DNA of 17,850 nucleotides from a virus. Below the pieces are notes generated by a model. The model worked only from the letters and a program-made list of their open reading frames with translations, ran no database searches and had not been told where the DNA came from. The translations under genes were made by a program, and so were the position numbers. The stretch lies in UHGV virus genome UHGV-0200089, one strand, 5' to 3'. Shown piece after piece: positions 8,890-16,777 of the stretch. How positions within the stretch are numbered: the first letter of the stretch is position 1; every line of letters starts with the position of its first letter.

Positions 8890-8914
8890 ATGGTCACCTT
8901 TTATAGGTGACCAT
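8890..8914. terminator. Perfect 9-bp palindromic hairpin between the two convergent cargo operons
   Basis: ATGGTCACC ttttata GGTGACCAT, located between the S8 stop (8884) and the membrane-protein stop (8918). U-tracts are weak on both sides, so termination efficiency is uncertain. Confidence 0.5.
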
Positions 8915-8917
8915 TTA

Positions 8918-9679
8918 CTACACCTTATTATTTTCAACTATTTTATGAATATCCATATCAAACCAAGAAACTTGCGAAATTTCTTTTAGTGGAAAGATGA
9001 TACTAGTATCAGCATCCTCAAGCTCTCTATATTCATTCACCAAGATTACTTTCAATGAATCCTTATCTCTATACCCAGAGATAATAGGATAGATTGAAAC
9101 ATACTGGTTAGGTCCTTCTTTCTCGTTAGGCTCACCTAATGCGTTAACAATTCCTACATATGTCTTTTTATTTTGCAACGTAATAAGTATTGAACGTCTA
9201 TCAACTAACGAATCAAAAAATATTTCATCCATTGGATTATCATTAATAAGCTCTTGCCTCATCCTTAGCATGACAAGATTCTCATAATCAATATTGGCAG
9301 CCTTTACCCCTTGGATATAATTTATAATTTTAGCTCTATATATAACCAAATATCTAGCACCGACACTCCATATCCAAGCCAAAAATATCGTTCCACATGA
9401 AAGTAAAATCATCCATCCTATGATTCTTTCAGTACCATTGTCACTAAGTTTGAGATCTAATTGTTCCCGAACCATCGTGACAGGATGGAAGCTCGGACAT
9501 ATCCATTTTATTAAGTAAGCTATAATCAATGTCCATATAAAACACCACAGACCAAAGGCGGCTGACTTCATATATAACAACTGCCCATCATAACGGTGTA
9601 ATCTATAGAAATGATAAGGATGAGTGGTTAATACAATATAACCACTCACAAGTAATGGAATAATTAATAAAGCAAACAT
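8918..9679 (-). CDS. Uncharacterised membrane protein (253 aa), three predicted N-terminal TM helices plus a ~140-aa soluble C-terminal domain; cargo gene
   Basis: Hydrophobic segments FALLIIPLLVSGYIVLTT, AAFGLWCFIWTLIIAYLIKWI and IIGWMILLSCGTIFLAWIWSV. The ATG lies 2 nt after the upstream gene's TAA. AT-rich. No family recognised. Confidence 0.7.
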   Translation of the reverse strand: MFALLIIPLLVSGYIVLTTHPYHFYRLHRYDGQLLYMKSAAFGLWCFIWTLIIAYLIKWICPSFHPVTMVREQLDLKLSDNGTERIIGWMILLSCGTIFLAWIWSVGARYLVIYRAKIINYIQGVKAANIDYENLVMLRMRQELINDNPMDEIFFDSLVDRRSILITLQNKKTYVGIVNALGEPNEKEGPNQYVSIYPIISGYRDKDSLKVILVNEYRELEDADTSIIFPLKEISQVSWFDMDIHKIVENNKV

Positions 9680-9681
9680 TA

Positions 9682-9918
9682 TTAATTCCCTTTAGCCATT
9701 TTTTCTTCTTGCTTTACCTGCTCAGAAACTATTTTTCTTGCTTTAATTTTCATCAATTTTACTGTATCTGAGCTTGCCAAGTCTTCTTTAGACGTGATAA
9801 TCGCGCCTCGACCTACCACCTCAACAGTGTTTGTTCCAGATGCTTCAAGCCTCCTCGCCAGTTCTCTTTCCTTTTCAATAGCAGCTTTACCTATAATACG
9901 TTCAAATATATTCATCAT
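9682..9918 (-). CDS. Uncharacterised small charged protein (78 aa), first gene of the minus-strand cargo operon
   Basis: GGAGG RBS 4 nt upstream of the ATG (complement of 9916-9918). Lys/Glu-rich, predicted helical. Tightly coupled to the downstream membrane-protein gene. Confidence 0.6.
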   Translation of the reverse strand: MMNIFERIIGKAAIEKERELARRLEASGTNTVEVVGRGAIITSKEDLASSDTVKLMKIKARKIVSEQVKQEEKMAKGN

Positions 9919-10009
9919 TTAACCTCCACTTGATTGATGCCAAGATAGTAATCACCTCCTCACAATATCTTACCAACCTAACAACTAACAGAACACTGTG
10001 TATAAGTCC

Positions 10010-10037
10010 AGTATAGTTTAATTAATAAATTAGGCAA
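10010..10037 (-). promoter_or_regulatory. Candidate sigma70 promoter for the minus-strand cargo operon
   Basis: On the minus strand: TTGCCT, 16-nt spacer, TATACT, about 90 nt upstream of the 9918 start. Sequence-only prediction. Confidence 0.3.
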
Positions 10038-10226
10038 ATCTATCAAAATGGTATTTTGTTAAAAATTCAGCTAACTCTGAGGTTGGTAAAACAGTCCACC
10101 AGATGTATCGCTAAAGCACTTAGAAACCACTATAACCATCCTAAGTGTACCAGTCAGTCTGTTTGTCTAATCGCATCACTATGCTCGTTATTCTATCCCC
10201 CGCCAATCCTGAGCTGGCTGCGTTCT

Positions 10227-10433
10227 CTATCGTCTGCGTGGTGGCGGTGCAGCGCTGGGCTGACCGATATAGTTAAGCCATACGTAATTATCCCGGACTA
10301 TTTCGGCACACCCGACCAGCTCATCGGGCGTCAGATTTTCGTTGACCATAATCTGCTGTAGACGGTGAACAATGGCCATCAGCTTGATATTTTTAGTTTT
10401 ATGCTGCGGTATCTCGCCTGGTATTCTGTGCAT
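10227..10433 (-). CDS. Hypothetical small protein (68 aa) downstream of the ASCH-like gene
   Basis: ATG at 10433-10431 overlaps the upstream TAA as TAATG; the translation ...ENLTPDELVGCAEIVRDNYVWLNYIGQ... looks protein-like. It competes with an overlapping plus-strand ORF at 10056-10361. Confidence 0.3.
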   Translation of the reverse strand: MHRIPGEIPQHKTKNIKLMAIVHRLQQIMVNENLTPDELVGCAEIVRDNYVWLNYIGQPSAAPPPRRR

Positions 10434-10888
10434 TATCCAAGCCACCCGTTTTGCTGTGCACGCTCCACCTGTTCATCTGAATAGTTCCATATCCCATCCG
10501 CACCAACCACTGCCCCGCCAGACATCCCCGTCTCTGGTTCATACACAACAGCAAGGCCGAGCTGATGCATAATTTCATGATTAATTCTGAATACCAGACC
10601 ACGCTCACTAAGTTCTTTCCAGTTCACAAACTCATATGCGCCTGTATTAAGCAGCTCAATACTTAGCAAGACATAATCTTCCAGCCAGTCTGACAAGTCA
10701 GTAACATCTGTTATCCGGGCTTCAACCTTTCGCCCCGTATACACACCCTGCACCCATTCATGCAAAATCAACGTGTCCCCGCGCTCATAATTACGGTCAT
10801 TTTTCCGAAACTCTGCGCGTTTCTTTCCTTCCAGCACAAGGTCAAAATATTTTGCGTGCAGCTTTACCTCGTGAATTTTTGCCATCAT
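10433..10888 (-). CDS. ASCH/PUA-like domain protein (151 aa) in the P2 'orf91' position
   Basis: From the first ATG (10888-10886), which overlaps the gene A stop as ATGA: MMAKIHEVKLHAKYFDLVLEGKKRAEFRKNDRNYERGDTLILHEW... resembles the ASCH/DUF3850 fold signature. The C-terminal region contains 'INHEIMHQLG' (an HExxH). The track's longer GTG-initiated version is rejected. Confidence 0.72.
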   Translation of the reverse strand: MMAKIHEVKLHAKYFDLVLEGKKRAEFRKNDRNYERGDTLILHEWVQGVYTGRKVEARITDVTDLSDWLEDYVLLSIELLNTGAYEFVNWKELSERGLVFRINHEIMHQLGLAVVYEPETGMSGGAVVGADGIWNYSDEQVERAQQNGWLG

Positions 10889-13170
10889 TTCCACTCCATT
10901 ACTGTTGAGAATCCCGGCCACTCATCAGCGACCGGATACGTGAATTTTTTCCCGTCATAATTTACGGTCGCGCCACGCGCCAGCGCCTCAAGCTCCCATC
11001 GCTGCGGCCTGATACCGTTCTGAGCAAGGTCAACGCGGATACGGGTAATTTGCATTCTTTCCGACCGGGTCAGTCTGGCCGATGGTGCAATTTCATGTGG
11101 TTTTAACGGGCTTCCGTTTCTTTGCTGACGGTTTGGCGTTCTCAGGTCGTGTTTTAATGCACCCCTGAGCGCCCTCACGACCTCCGGTTCATTCCATTCA
11201 ATAACACCGTCATCAACCAGATTAAGCACTGCTGCGGCGTGCTCAGAAGGTGTGGGAGCCGGTAACGAAGTATCACCACCGGTGAGCTTTCCACAGTTAT
11301 TGACAGGACTCCGAGGCGCGGCGATGCCGCTTTTTAAAGTCAAAGGCTCAACGACCGGAACTTTCGGCACAATGCGCCAGTCCGTCGTTCTGGTGATATG
11401 AATATGACGCGCGCCGAGATGCGGCGCGTAAATGCCGACCACTCTCTCGACTTCTTCCTCGTATTCGTTAACGTCATCCGACGGGCTACGGGCGACCCTG
11501 ACAGTCTGACAATCGCGCGGGACATTTGCCCCGCCCTGCGCGCTGATATACAACGCAAAATCGCCACTGTCTGCGGCGGCGCGTGCAGCCTCCACGCGTT
11601 CGTCAAATTCATCAGCAATGCTGACGCCGCGAGGCAATTTACGTAGCTCACGGTAAGCTCCCATTGTCGGCAGGCCAACCGTTTTAAATTGCGGGATGCG
11701 CCACGTTGACGCCCATGCGGTAACAGCCGCCGCAGTATCTTTCAGCGGTCTGCCGGTATCGTTATCGAGCTGACCATCCAGTGCATAGCCGTCGATATTT
11801 TTTGAAATGTATTTCGCGATATATCCCGCAGCACCGCCCCGGTTAAGGTGTTTTGCCTGAAAACGGTTTCGCGCGGCTCCTCTTTCGTCGCCATCCTCTT
11901 TGAGCGCATAGCGGCGCATGATTTCGATAATCTGGTTACGCTGGCGTGGATTACAAAAAAGCATCATATGCCAGTGCGGCGTTCCGTCGTGGTGTGGCTC
12001 GACGACTCGCAAACCGTAGACCTGTAAATCATTATCCTTGAATGCCGTGCGCATCAGGCTCCAGATACGGCAGAGATAACGCTGCGCATCCTTTGGATTA
12101 AATGCCTCATCATTCCAGCCGTGATTAAGCTGGACGGTTTTATTTTCGCCTTTTCCAACCTGACGTGTCGGGTGATACTTTGACGGCGCGGTCAGCGTGA
12201 TAAACATCCCCACATCACCCTCTGAGGCGGCGTAACGCTCAATACCGGCAATGGTGTTCATCAGCTCCATCCGGCGAATTTCAGGATTAGAAATACTGCC
12301 CATCACCTTACTGATAAGGTCGATGCGCTCGCCGGTTTCCCTGTTTTCAAGGTCACACGATTTAAGAAATTCCAGATTTGCCTGGCGGCGCGCACGCACA
12401 TCACGAATGGCATGTTTACTGGCATAAGGTGAACGGTCTTTATTGACCTCCCCGACAGCTATCAGTAACGCCTCATGCCAGCGCATACGCTGGCCTTTAA
12501 GCTGATGAGTCCACCACTCATCGTTAAACAGACGGGCAATGGCAGAATATGCCTGCCTCGTGGTCATCTGCCCTTTACGGTATTTGTTCCAGTAGAGAGG
12601 GGAAATATTGAAAGCACGTGCAGCGCCAGCAACATGACCATAGAGGTGAGCCTGCGCCTCATCCGTAAACAGCGATTCTTTTTCGCCATGTGCATCCACC
12701 CAGGCATCGCTGAGTTCCTCATACATCATGAAAAGCTGCGATGAGATACGGGCAGCAAACTTTTTCAGCTCCTTGTCATTCATTCCCGGCAGGCGCGCAT
12801 AGTGGTCACGCTCTGCCAGAAACAGTAACGACGCGTCGGTGTTCATTTCATGGCGCTGATTCACACGCTCAATGCGCGGCCATAAACGACGCTGAAAAGT
12901 GGATGTGAGGAAATAAAACCCGTGCACCGGGCTTTTATTGCGCCGGATGTAGTCATAGCGTGAAGTAAACAGCGAGCGCAAAAAGTAAGGCAGGCGGTTA
13001 ATCGTGGATAAAACACCTTGCACCTGACGCATCTCGTCACGTGTAAGAGGTCTTTCGCGCCCGACAGCCTCGCGTGGCGCGTTCCATGCATAAGCACCGG
13101 TAAACGCCTTACCGGTGCCTGCGGCAAATGCTGACGGAGGGACAAAACGCCCGGAGGCTTTAACGGCCAT
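10885..13170 (-). CDS. A: P2 gpA-like rolling-circle replication initiation endonuclease (761 aa)
   Basis: From ATG 13170-13168 the protein begins MAVKASGRFVPPSAFAAGTGK... and carries the tyrosine motif 'YIAKYISKNIDGY'. Length and sequence match P2 A as recalled. The track's start at 13212 is a TTG extension. Confidence 0.92.
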   Translation of the reverse strand: MAVKASGRFVPPSAFAAGTGKAFTGAYAWNAPREAVGRERPLTRDEMRQVQGVLSTINRLPYFLRSLFTSRYDYIRRNKSPVHGFYFLTSTFQRRLWPRIERVNQRHEMNTDASLLFLAERDHYARLPGMNDKELKKFAARISSQLFMMYEELSDAWVDAHGEKESLFTDEAQAHLYGHVAGAARAFNISPLYWNKYRKGQMTTRQAYSAIARLFNDEWWTHQLKGQRMRWHEALLIAVGEVNKDRSPYASKHAIRDVRARRQANLEFLKSCDLENRETGERIDLISKVMGSISNPEIRRMELMNTIAGIERYAASEGDVGMFITLTAPSKYHPTRQVGKGENKTVQLNHGWNDEAFNPKDAQRYLCRIWSLMRTAFKDNDLQVYGLRVVEPHHDGTPHWHMMLFCNPRQRNQIIEIMRRYALKEDGDERGAARNRFQAKHLNRGGAAGYIAKYISKNIDGYALDGQLDNDTGRPLKDTAAAVTAWASTWRIPQFKTVGLPTMGAYRELRKLPRGVSIADEFDERVEAARAAADSGDFALYISAQGGANVPRDCQTVRVARSPSDDVNEYEEEVERVVGIYAPHLGARHIHITRTTDWRIVPKVPVVEPLTLKSGIAAPRSPVNNCGKLTGGDTSLPAPTPSEHAAAVLNLVDDGVIEWNEPEVVRALRGALKHDLRTPNRQQRNGSPLKPHEIAPSARLTRSERMQITRIRVDLAQNGIRPQRWELEALARGATVNYDGKKFTYPVADEWPGFSTVMEWK

Positions 13171-13435
13171 ATGAGCCAAAAGCCTCAGAACAACGCTTGC
13201 TGAGTTGCTCAACCTGCGCGTTTAAATCAGCAAAAGACTTTGCGCTTCCGGTCAGAATATCGTGATGCATCAGGCCGGAAACGAGCTGGCTTAATTTCGG
13301 GTAATAACCAACCACCGCCAGCCATTCCTGACCGGCGTTTTTACCGCTTTCCGCTCTCTTTTTCTCGTGGAGAATAAACTGAAAGCTGTCACTGGTAACG
13401 ACATAACGTTCGCCAATTTCGATACGAATACTCAT
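13160..13435 (-). CDS. Small early-operon protein (91 aa), P2 orf83 position
   Basis: ATG overlaps the upstream stop as ATGA; ends 8 nt before the gene A start. Assigned by synteny with P2. Confidence 0.7.
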   Translation of the reverse strand: MSIRIEIGERYVVTSDSFQFILHEKKRAESGKNAGQEWLAVVGYYPKLSQLVSGLMHHDILTGSAKSFADLNAQVEQLSKRCSEAFGSYGR

Positions 13436-13656
13436 GCCATTCTCCGGTAATGCTTGTTTTTTGCTTCAAAGACTGACTGGCAGGAAACACAACGCGTGGC
13501 TGACGGATAAGCTGCACGACGGGCAGCAGGTATTGGCGCGTCACACTCTTCGCAAACCAGCGCAGAAACACCGCAATGTTTTACCCTTGCCGCGTTAATC
13601 TGGCGCTCCAGTAATTCAGCCTGTTGTTCCTGAATAAAATCTATGTTGTCCGGCAT
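13432..13656 (-). CDS. TraR/DksA-type C4 zinc-finger protein (74 aa), P2 orf82 position
   Basis: 'CEECDAPIPAARRAAYPSATRCVSCQ' gives CxxC-(17)-CxxC spacing typical of the TraR/DksA zinc finger. TAATG coupling to the upstream gene. Confidence 0.75.
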   Translation of the reverse strand: MPDNIDFIQEQQAELLERQINAARVKHCGVSALVCEECDAPIPAARRAAYPSATRCVSCQSVFEAKNKHYRRMA

Positions 13657-13958
13657 TACCAGCTCCTTTTGTCGTTCAGCTTCTTAAATTCATCAGCGCA
13701 ATAGCTGGCGATTTCTGTCGTTAATTTTGTCAGTTCATCCACGGATGAAATTTGCTTATGAAATACAGCGCGTTTAACAAGTAAATTGACCACATCAGAC
13801 AGGAGGTTTAATTCATTCTGATAAATCGCGATAACAGATTCAGTTATGTCGCGTTTTTCTTTATCAAGACAAAGTTGAATAAGAGACAAATCGCCATTTT
13901 TCATAACGGCGATTTTTAAGGCGTTATTCAGTAATACAACTGAATGAGAACAGGACAT
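13656..13958 (-). CDS. Small early-operon protein (100 aa), P2 orf81 position
   Basis: ATG at 13958-13956 overlaps the upstream stop as TGATG. The track's TTG start at 13961 is one codon longer. Confidence 0.65.
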   Translation of the reverse strand: MSCSHSVVLLNNALKIAVMKNGDLSLIQLCLDKEKRDITESVIAIYQNELNLLSDVVNLLVKRAVFHKQISSVDELTKLTTEIASYCADEFKKLNDKRSW

Positions 13959-14182
13959 CAAAGCACCTCCCCGCGAGACAATCCGATATTGTGAAATTTT
14001 TCCGACTCCTGACTGAGCAGCTCGACTATCTCCACGCGGGATAACTCCGCCTTTGTGATATGGCGAATCATGGCGTCAAGATGAGAAGAAAAGCGCGTCG
14101 CAGCGTCGGCCTGTGCTTCGGTTCTGGCCTGTTGCAGCAGTAATGCGTATTTACCGCACTGATTTTCAGAAACTGTATGCAT
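13958..14182 (-). CDS. Small early-operon protein (74 aa), P2 orf80 position
   Basis: ATG at 14182-14180 with GGAG upstream; position between B and the orf81-like gene matches P2 synteny. Confidence 0.65.
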   Translation of the reverse strand: MHTVSENQCGKYALLLQQARTEAQADAATRFSSHLDAMIRHITKAELSRVEIVELLSQESEKFHNIGLSRGEVL

Positions 14183-14245
14183 GACTTTCTCCAGGCAAAA
14201 AGAAGCCCCGCACGATTAAGTGCGTTAAAAACTCTGGTTAATTAC

Positions 14246-14746
14246 TTAATGCAGATATTGCTCTGGTTTTACCGACGTCAGAATTGTCGGTGCATACTCA
14301 AACAGGCTGAATAATTCACGTAATGCACGGAATAAAGCATCACGCCAGTAACATGACTCTTCATTAATTCGCCAGTATGGCTGGTTGAATTCTTTTTCAG
14401 TCAATCCGGCATGCATAAATAAAGTACGACGCTGACTGACTGTTAAAAAACTAATATATGCATACTCACTTGCGCCAACCTGACGGCGTTTTGAGAATGC
14501 CCCACGCAATTCATCAATTGCACAAACCAGCCGTTCACGTTCGACGTCGTTCATTTCTTCAAAACGCATCGTTGCGTGACGCTGTTTTAACTGCGCATGA
14601 AAGCAAACCGTTAACCGTTCGCGCTCCATCATCTGATTATAATAATCACATGTATCCTGCCAGCGAGGGACGGCCAGATGCTTACCAATTATCCGGCGCA
14701 TAGTTGCTGGCTGTTTTTCGACGAGATTGAGCGTCATCACTGTCAT
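14246..14746 (-). CDS. B: P2 gpB-like replication protein (166 aa; helicase-loader function as described for P2 B)
   Basis: MTVMTLNLVEKQPATMRRIIGKHLAVPRWQDTCDYYNQMMERERLTVCFHAQLKQRH... is near-identical to P2 B as recalled. Confidence 0.9.
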   Translation of the reverse strand: MTVMTLNLVEKQPATMRRIIGKHLAVPRWQDTCDYYNQMMERERLTVCFHAQLKQRHATMRFEEMNDVERERLVCAIDELRGAFSKRRQVGASEYAYISFLTVSQRRTLFMHAGLTEKEFNQPYWRINEESCYWRDALFRALRELFSLFEYAPTILTSVKPEQYLH

Positions 14747-14913
14747 TTCCAGAACCTCCGGCTTTTCAGAAAGGTCAGAGCCTTTTTTAACGGACTCTGT
14801 TTTTTGGTGCGGATAATGATTCCCTTGCGACCCTTCCCGTGGGTGATGGTGAAGTCAATCGCCCTGGGGCTTTCGTTACGCAATAACTGAGCAATACAAC
14901 GAGGCTCGTTCAT
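14743..14913 (-). CDS. Small basic protein between cox and B (P2 orf78 position); start uncertain
   Basis: The frame ends in TGA overlapping the B ATG as ATGA. The preferred start is ATG 14913-14911, which follows the cox stop and has a GGTGG RBS 5 nt upstream. In-frame ATGs at 14940, 14979 and 15000 would overlap cox. Confidence 0.5.
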   Translation of the reverse strand: MNEPRCIAQLLRNESPRAIDFTITHGKGRKGIIIRTKKQSPLKKALTFLKSRRFWK

Positions 14914-14923
14914 CCTTTCCACC

Positions 14924-15295
14924 TTAAGCCGCACGGCCATGTCTTGATTTGCTGTAACTAATGCGATTTTTCCAGTCATGCCATTCTGTCGGAGCTTCAT
15001 CAACCAGTTGGGCTGCGTACTTGTCCCACTCACGGCGATTAATCCATAATTCAGCTTTCCCTCTTGGTTTTAATGGGTCTGTCATGTAGAAGGCTGGCAG
15101 CTTTCCTGCTTTAGCCATTTCAGCCACCGCGCGTGGTGTCTTACCGATGTAAAGAGCAAAACCTTCTTTCGACAGCAAATCAGATGGGCGCTCTGAAATC
15201 TGAATGCTTTTACGTTTGGCTTCATTTTCGAAACTTGCCTCATCGCTAGTTGGACAAGAAATTTCTACATTTGTCGTCACTTTGCTATCCTCCAT
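14924..15295 (-). CDS. cox: Cox-like protein (123 aa) of the P2-type lysogeny switch
   Basis: Divergent from C and first gene of the cox-B-A early operon. The central HTH-like segment 'FALYIGKTPRAVAEMAKAGKLPAFYMTDP' is Cox/AlpA-like. The sequence differs clearly from P2 Cox as recalled. Confidence 0.65.
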   Translation of the reverse strand: MEDSKVTTNVEISCPTSDEASFENEAKRKSIQISERPSDLLSKEGFALYIGKTPRAVAEMAKAGKLPAFYMTDPLKPRGKAELWINRREWDKYAAQLVDEAPTEWHDWKNRISYSKSRHGRAA

Positions 15296-15388
15296 AAGAT
15301 TTGCGATTCACCAACTGGAGCCATCTAGAGCCTTTTTGAGTGAATCACAAATTGCCAAGTAGCAATATAATTGGAGATTAGCAAAATT
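15296..15388. promoter_or_regulatory. Immunity switch region between divergent cox and C (expected to hold the early and repressor promoters and operators)
   Basis: 93-bp AT-rich spacer between divergent starts. Contains the inverted repeat GATTCAC (15303-15309) / GTGAATC (15336-15342) and a TATAAT at 15366-15371. The assignment is by analogy with P2. Confidence 0.45.
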
Positions 15389-15688
15389 ATGTCAAGTGAA
15401 CAAAGTGAGAAACTAAAGCTCATCCGTGAATCCGAACGCCTTAAAACTAAGGAACTTGCTGAATTAATTGGAATTAATTACTACACATATCATGGATATG
15501 AATCAGGAAAATCAAAAATGCCTATGGAAGCAGGTATGAAGCTGTTTAAGCATCCACGCTTTCGCAAGTATCGTGACTGGTTCATGTTTGATGAAACAGA
15601 TCCAGCAGCTGGACAAATAGCCCCGGCTCTCGCACACATTGGGCAAGACTCAACAACCTTGCACCACTCAGACCAGAAGACTGGCTGA
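15389..15688 (+). CDS. C: P2 C-type immunity repressor (99 aa)
   Basis: ATG 15389 with GGAG at 15373-15376. The C-terminal half '...QIAPALAHIGQDSTTLHHSDQKTG' matches the P2 C dimerisation region as recalled, while the N-terminal DNA-binding half is divergent. Same length as P2 C. Confidence 0.85.
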   Translation: MSSEQSEKLKLIRESERLKTKELAELIGINYYTYHGYESGKSKMPMEAGMKLFKHPRFRKYRDWFMFDETDPAAGQIAPALAHIGQDSTTLHHSDQKTG

Positions 15689-15781
15689 CGATTTATTCAG
15701 CATATGTGTGTAGTAAATGTACGAAAGAAAATTGCATTAATTTTCAAGTAGTAGAAGTAAACAGCGTCATCGGAGGGCTTT

Positions 15782-16777
15782 ATGTCTATTAAAAAGCTCG
15801 ATGATGGTCGTTATGAAGTGGACGTCAGACCGCAGGGTGCAGATGGAAAACGTATCAGGCGGAAATTTAAAACTAAAGGTGAAGCTCAGGCATTCGAACG
15901 TCATGTACTGGTTAACTACCACAACAAAGAGTGGTTGGAGAAACCAGCCGACCGCCGAACTCTTACAGAGTTGTTAGGTAGATGGTGGATATATCACGGA
16001 AAATCACATGAGCGTGGAGATATTGAACGGGGGCGTTTAACGACAATAATCGCCAAATTTGCAGAAATGGGAGTGTCCAGAGCTGACCAGCTAACAAAGA
16101 AAACGATAACTGATTATCGCGTTGTAATGATGAACGATGGTCTAAAACCAGCCAGCGTAAATCGACATCTGGCAATAATGAGCGGGATGTTCACCAAGTT
16201 AATTGACGCCGGTGAATACCACTCCCACAACCCGTTCCGTGAGATTAAACGGTTACGTGAAGCTGTTACGGAAATGGCTTTTTTGTCCAGTGAAGAGATT
16301 ACGCGGCTGTTATCCATGCTTGATGGTGATGAATTAAATGCAACTCTGGTCTGCCTTTCTACTGGTGGACGCTGGAGTGAAGTGTCTAATTTAAAAGCTG
16401 AACACATCATTAACCAGATGGTTACGTTTATGAAAACTAAAAACGGAAAACGCAGGACAATTCCCGTTTCGCAGGACCTGATTAAACGGATCAAGACCAA
16501 AAATTCAGGCAGGCTTTTTAATGCCAGTTACTACAAAGTGCGTAACGCTCTCAGGGAAGTAAAACCCGATTTACCTGACGGACAAGCAGTACATGTTTTG
16601 AGGCATACATTTGCCACACATTTTATAATGAATGGAGGTAACATAATCACATTGCAGCGCATCCTGGGTCATTCTAACATTCAGCAAACTATGACCTACG
16701 CACACTTTGCACCGGATTTCTTACAAGATGCTGTGACTCTTAACCCGGTGTCAGGAATGTCCATAATGCGTCCATAA
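15782..16777 (+). CDS. int: Tyrosine integrase, P2 Int family (331 aa)
   Basis: MSIKKLDDGRYEVDVRPQGADGKRIRRKF... N-terminus and the C-terminal catalytic region '...HVLRHTFATHFIMNGGNIITLQRILGHSNIQQTMTYAHFAP...' (R, H-x-x-R, Y) are colinear with P2 Int as recalled. Sits next to attR. Confidence 0.93.
   Translation: MSIKKLDDGRYEVDVRPQGADGKRIRRKFKTKGEAQAFERHVLVNYHNKEWLEKPADRRTLTELLGRWWIYHGKSHERGDIERGRLTTIIAKFAEMGVSRADQLTKKTITDYRVVMMNDGLKPASVNRHLAIMSGMFTKLIDAGEYHSHNPFREIKRLREAVTEMAFLSSEEITRLLSMLDGDELNATLVCLSTGGRWSEVSNLKAEHIINQMVTFMKTKNGKRRTIPVSQDLIKRIKTKNSGRLFNASYYKVRNALREVKPDLPDGQAVHVLRHTFATHFIMNGGNIITLQRILGHSNIQQTMTYAHFAPDFLQDAVTLNPVSGMSIMRP

Noticed and set aside
10056-10361. Plus-strand 101-aa ORF overlapping the minus-strand small ORF at 10227-10433
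   Set aside because: No RBS, and it starts in the intergenic promoter region. The minus-strand alternative has TAATG coupling to the upstream gene. Neither is certain, so the minus-strand ORF is reported at low confidence.
10372-10960. ORFs 10372-10572 (+), 10399-10608 (-), 10760-10960 (+), and the GTG-initiated long form of the ASCH gene (to 10921)
   Set aside because: Alternative-frame or antisense to the ASCH-like gene. The long form would overlap gene A by 37 nt, whereas the first ATG gives a clean ATGA junction.
11340-13145. ORFs 11340-11678 (-), 11398-11646 (+), 12475-12744 (+), 12861-13145 (-) within gene A
   Set aside because: Alternative-frame or antisense to the 761-aa replication initiator; Arg/Ser/Leu-rich shadow frames.
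13389-13571. Minus-strand 60-aa ORF overlapping the orf82/orf83-like genes
   Set aside because: Alternative frame of two coupled genes that have clean overlapping stop-start junctions.
14183-14245. Possible hairpin CGCAC-N6-GTGCG between B and the orf80-like gene
   Set aside because: Only a 5-bp stem with a poor U-tract on the transcribed strand; too weak to call as a terminator or attenuator without folding-energy calculation.
14458-15033. ORFs 14458-14703 (+), 14678-14890 (+), and the long GTG-initiated form of the orf78-like gene (to 15033)
   Set aside because: The plus-strand ORFs are antisense to B and the small basic gene. The long form would overlap cox by ~110 nt, while an ATG with a GGTGG RBS lies just after the cox stop.
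15963-16500. Minus-strand ORFs 15963-16175 and 16114-16500 inside int
   Set aside because: Antisense to a full-length tyrosine integrase with intact catalytic motifs.
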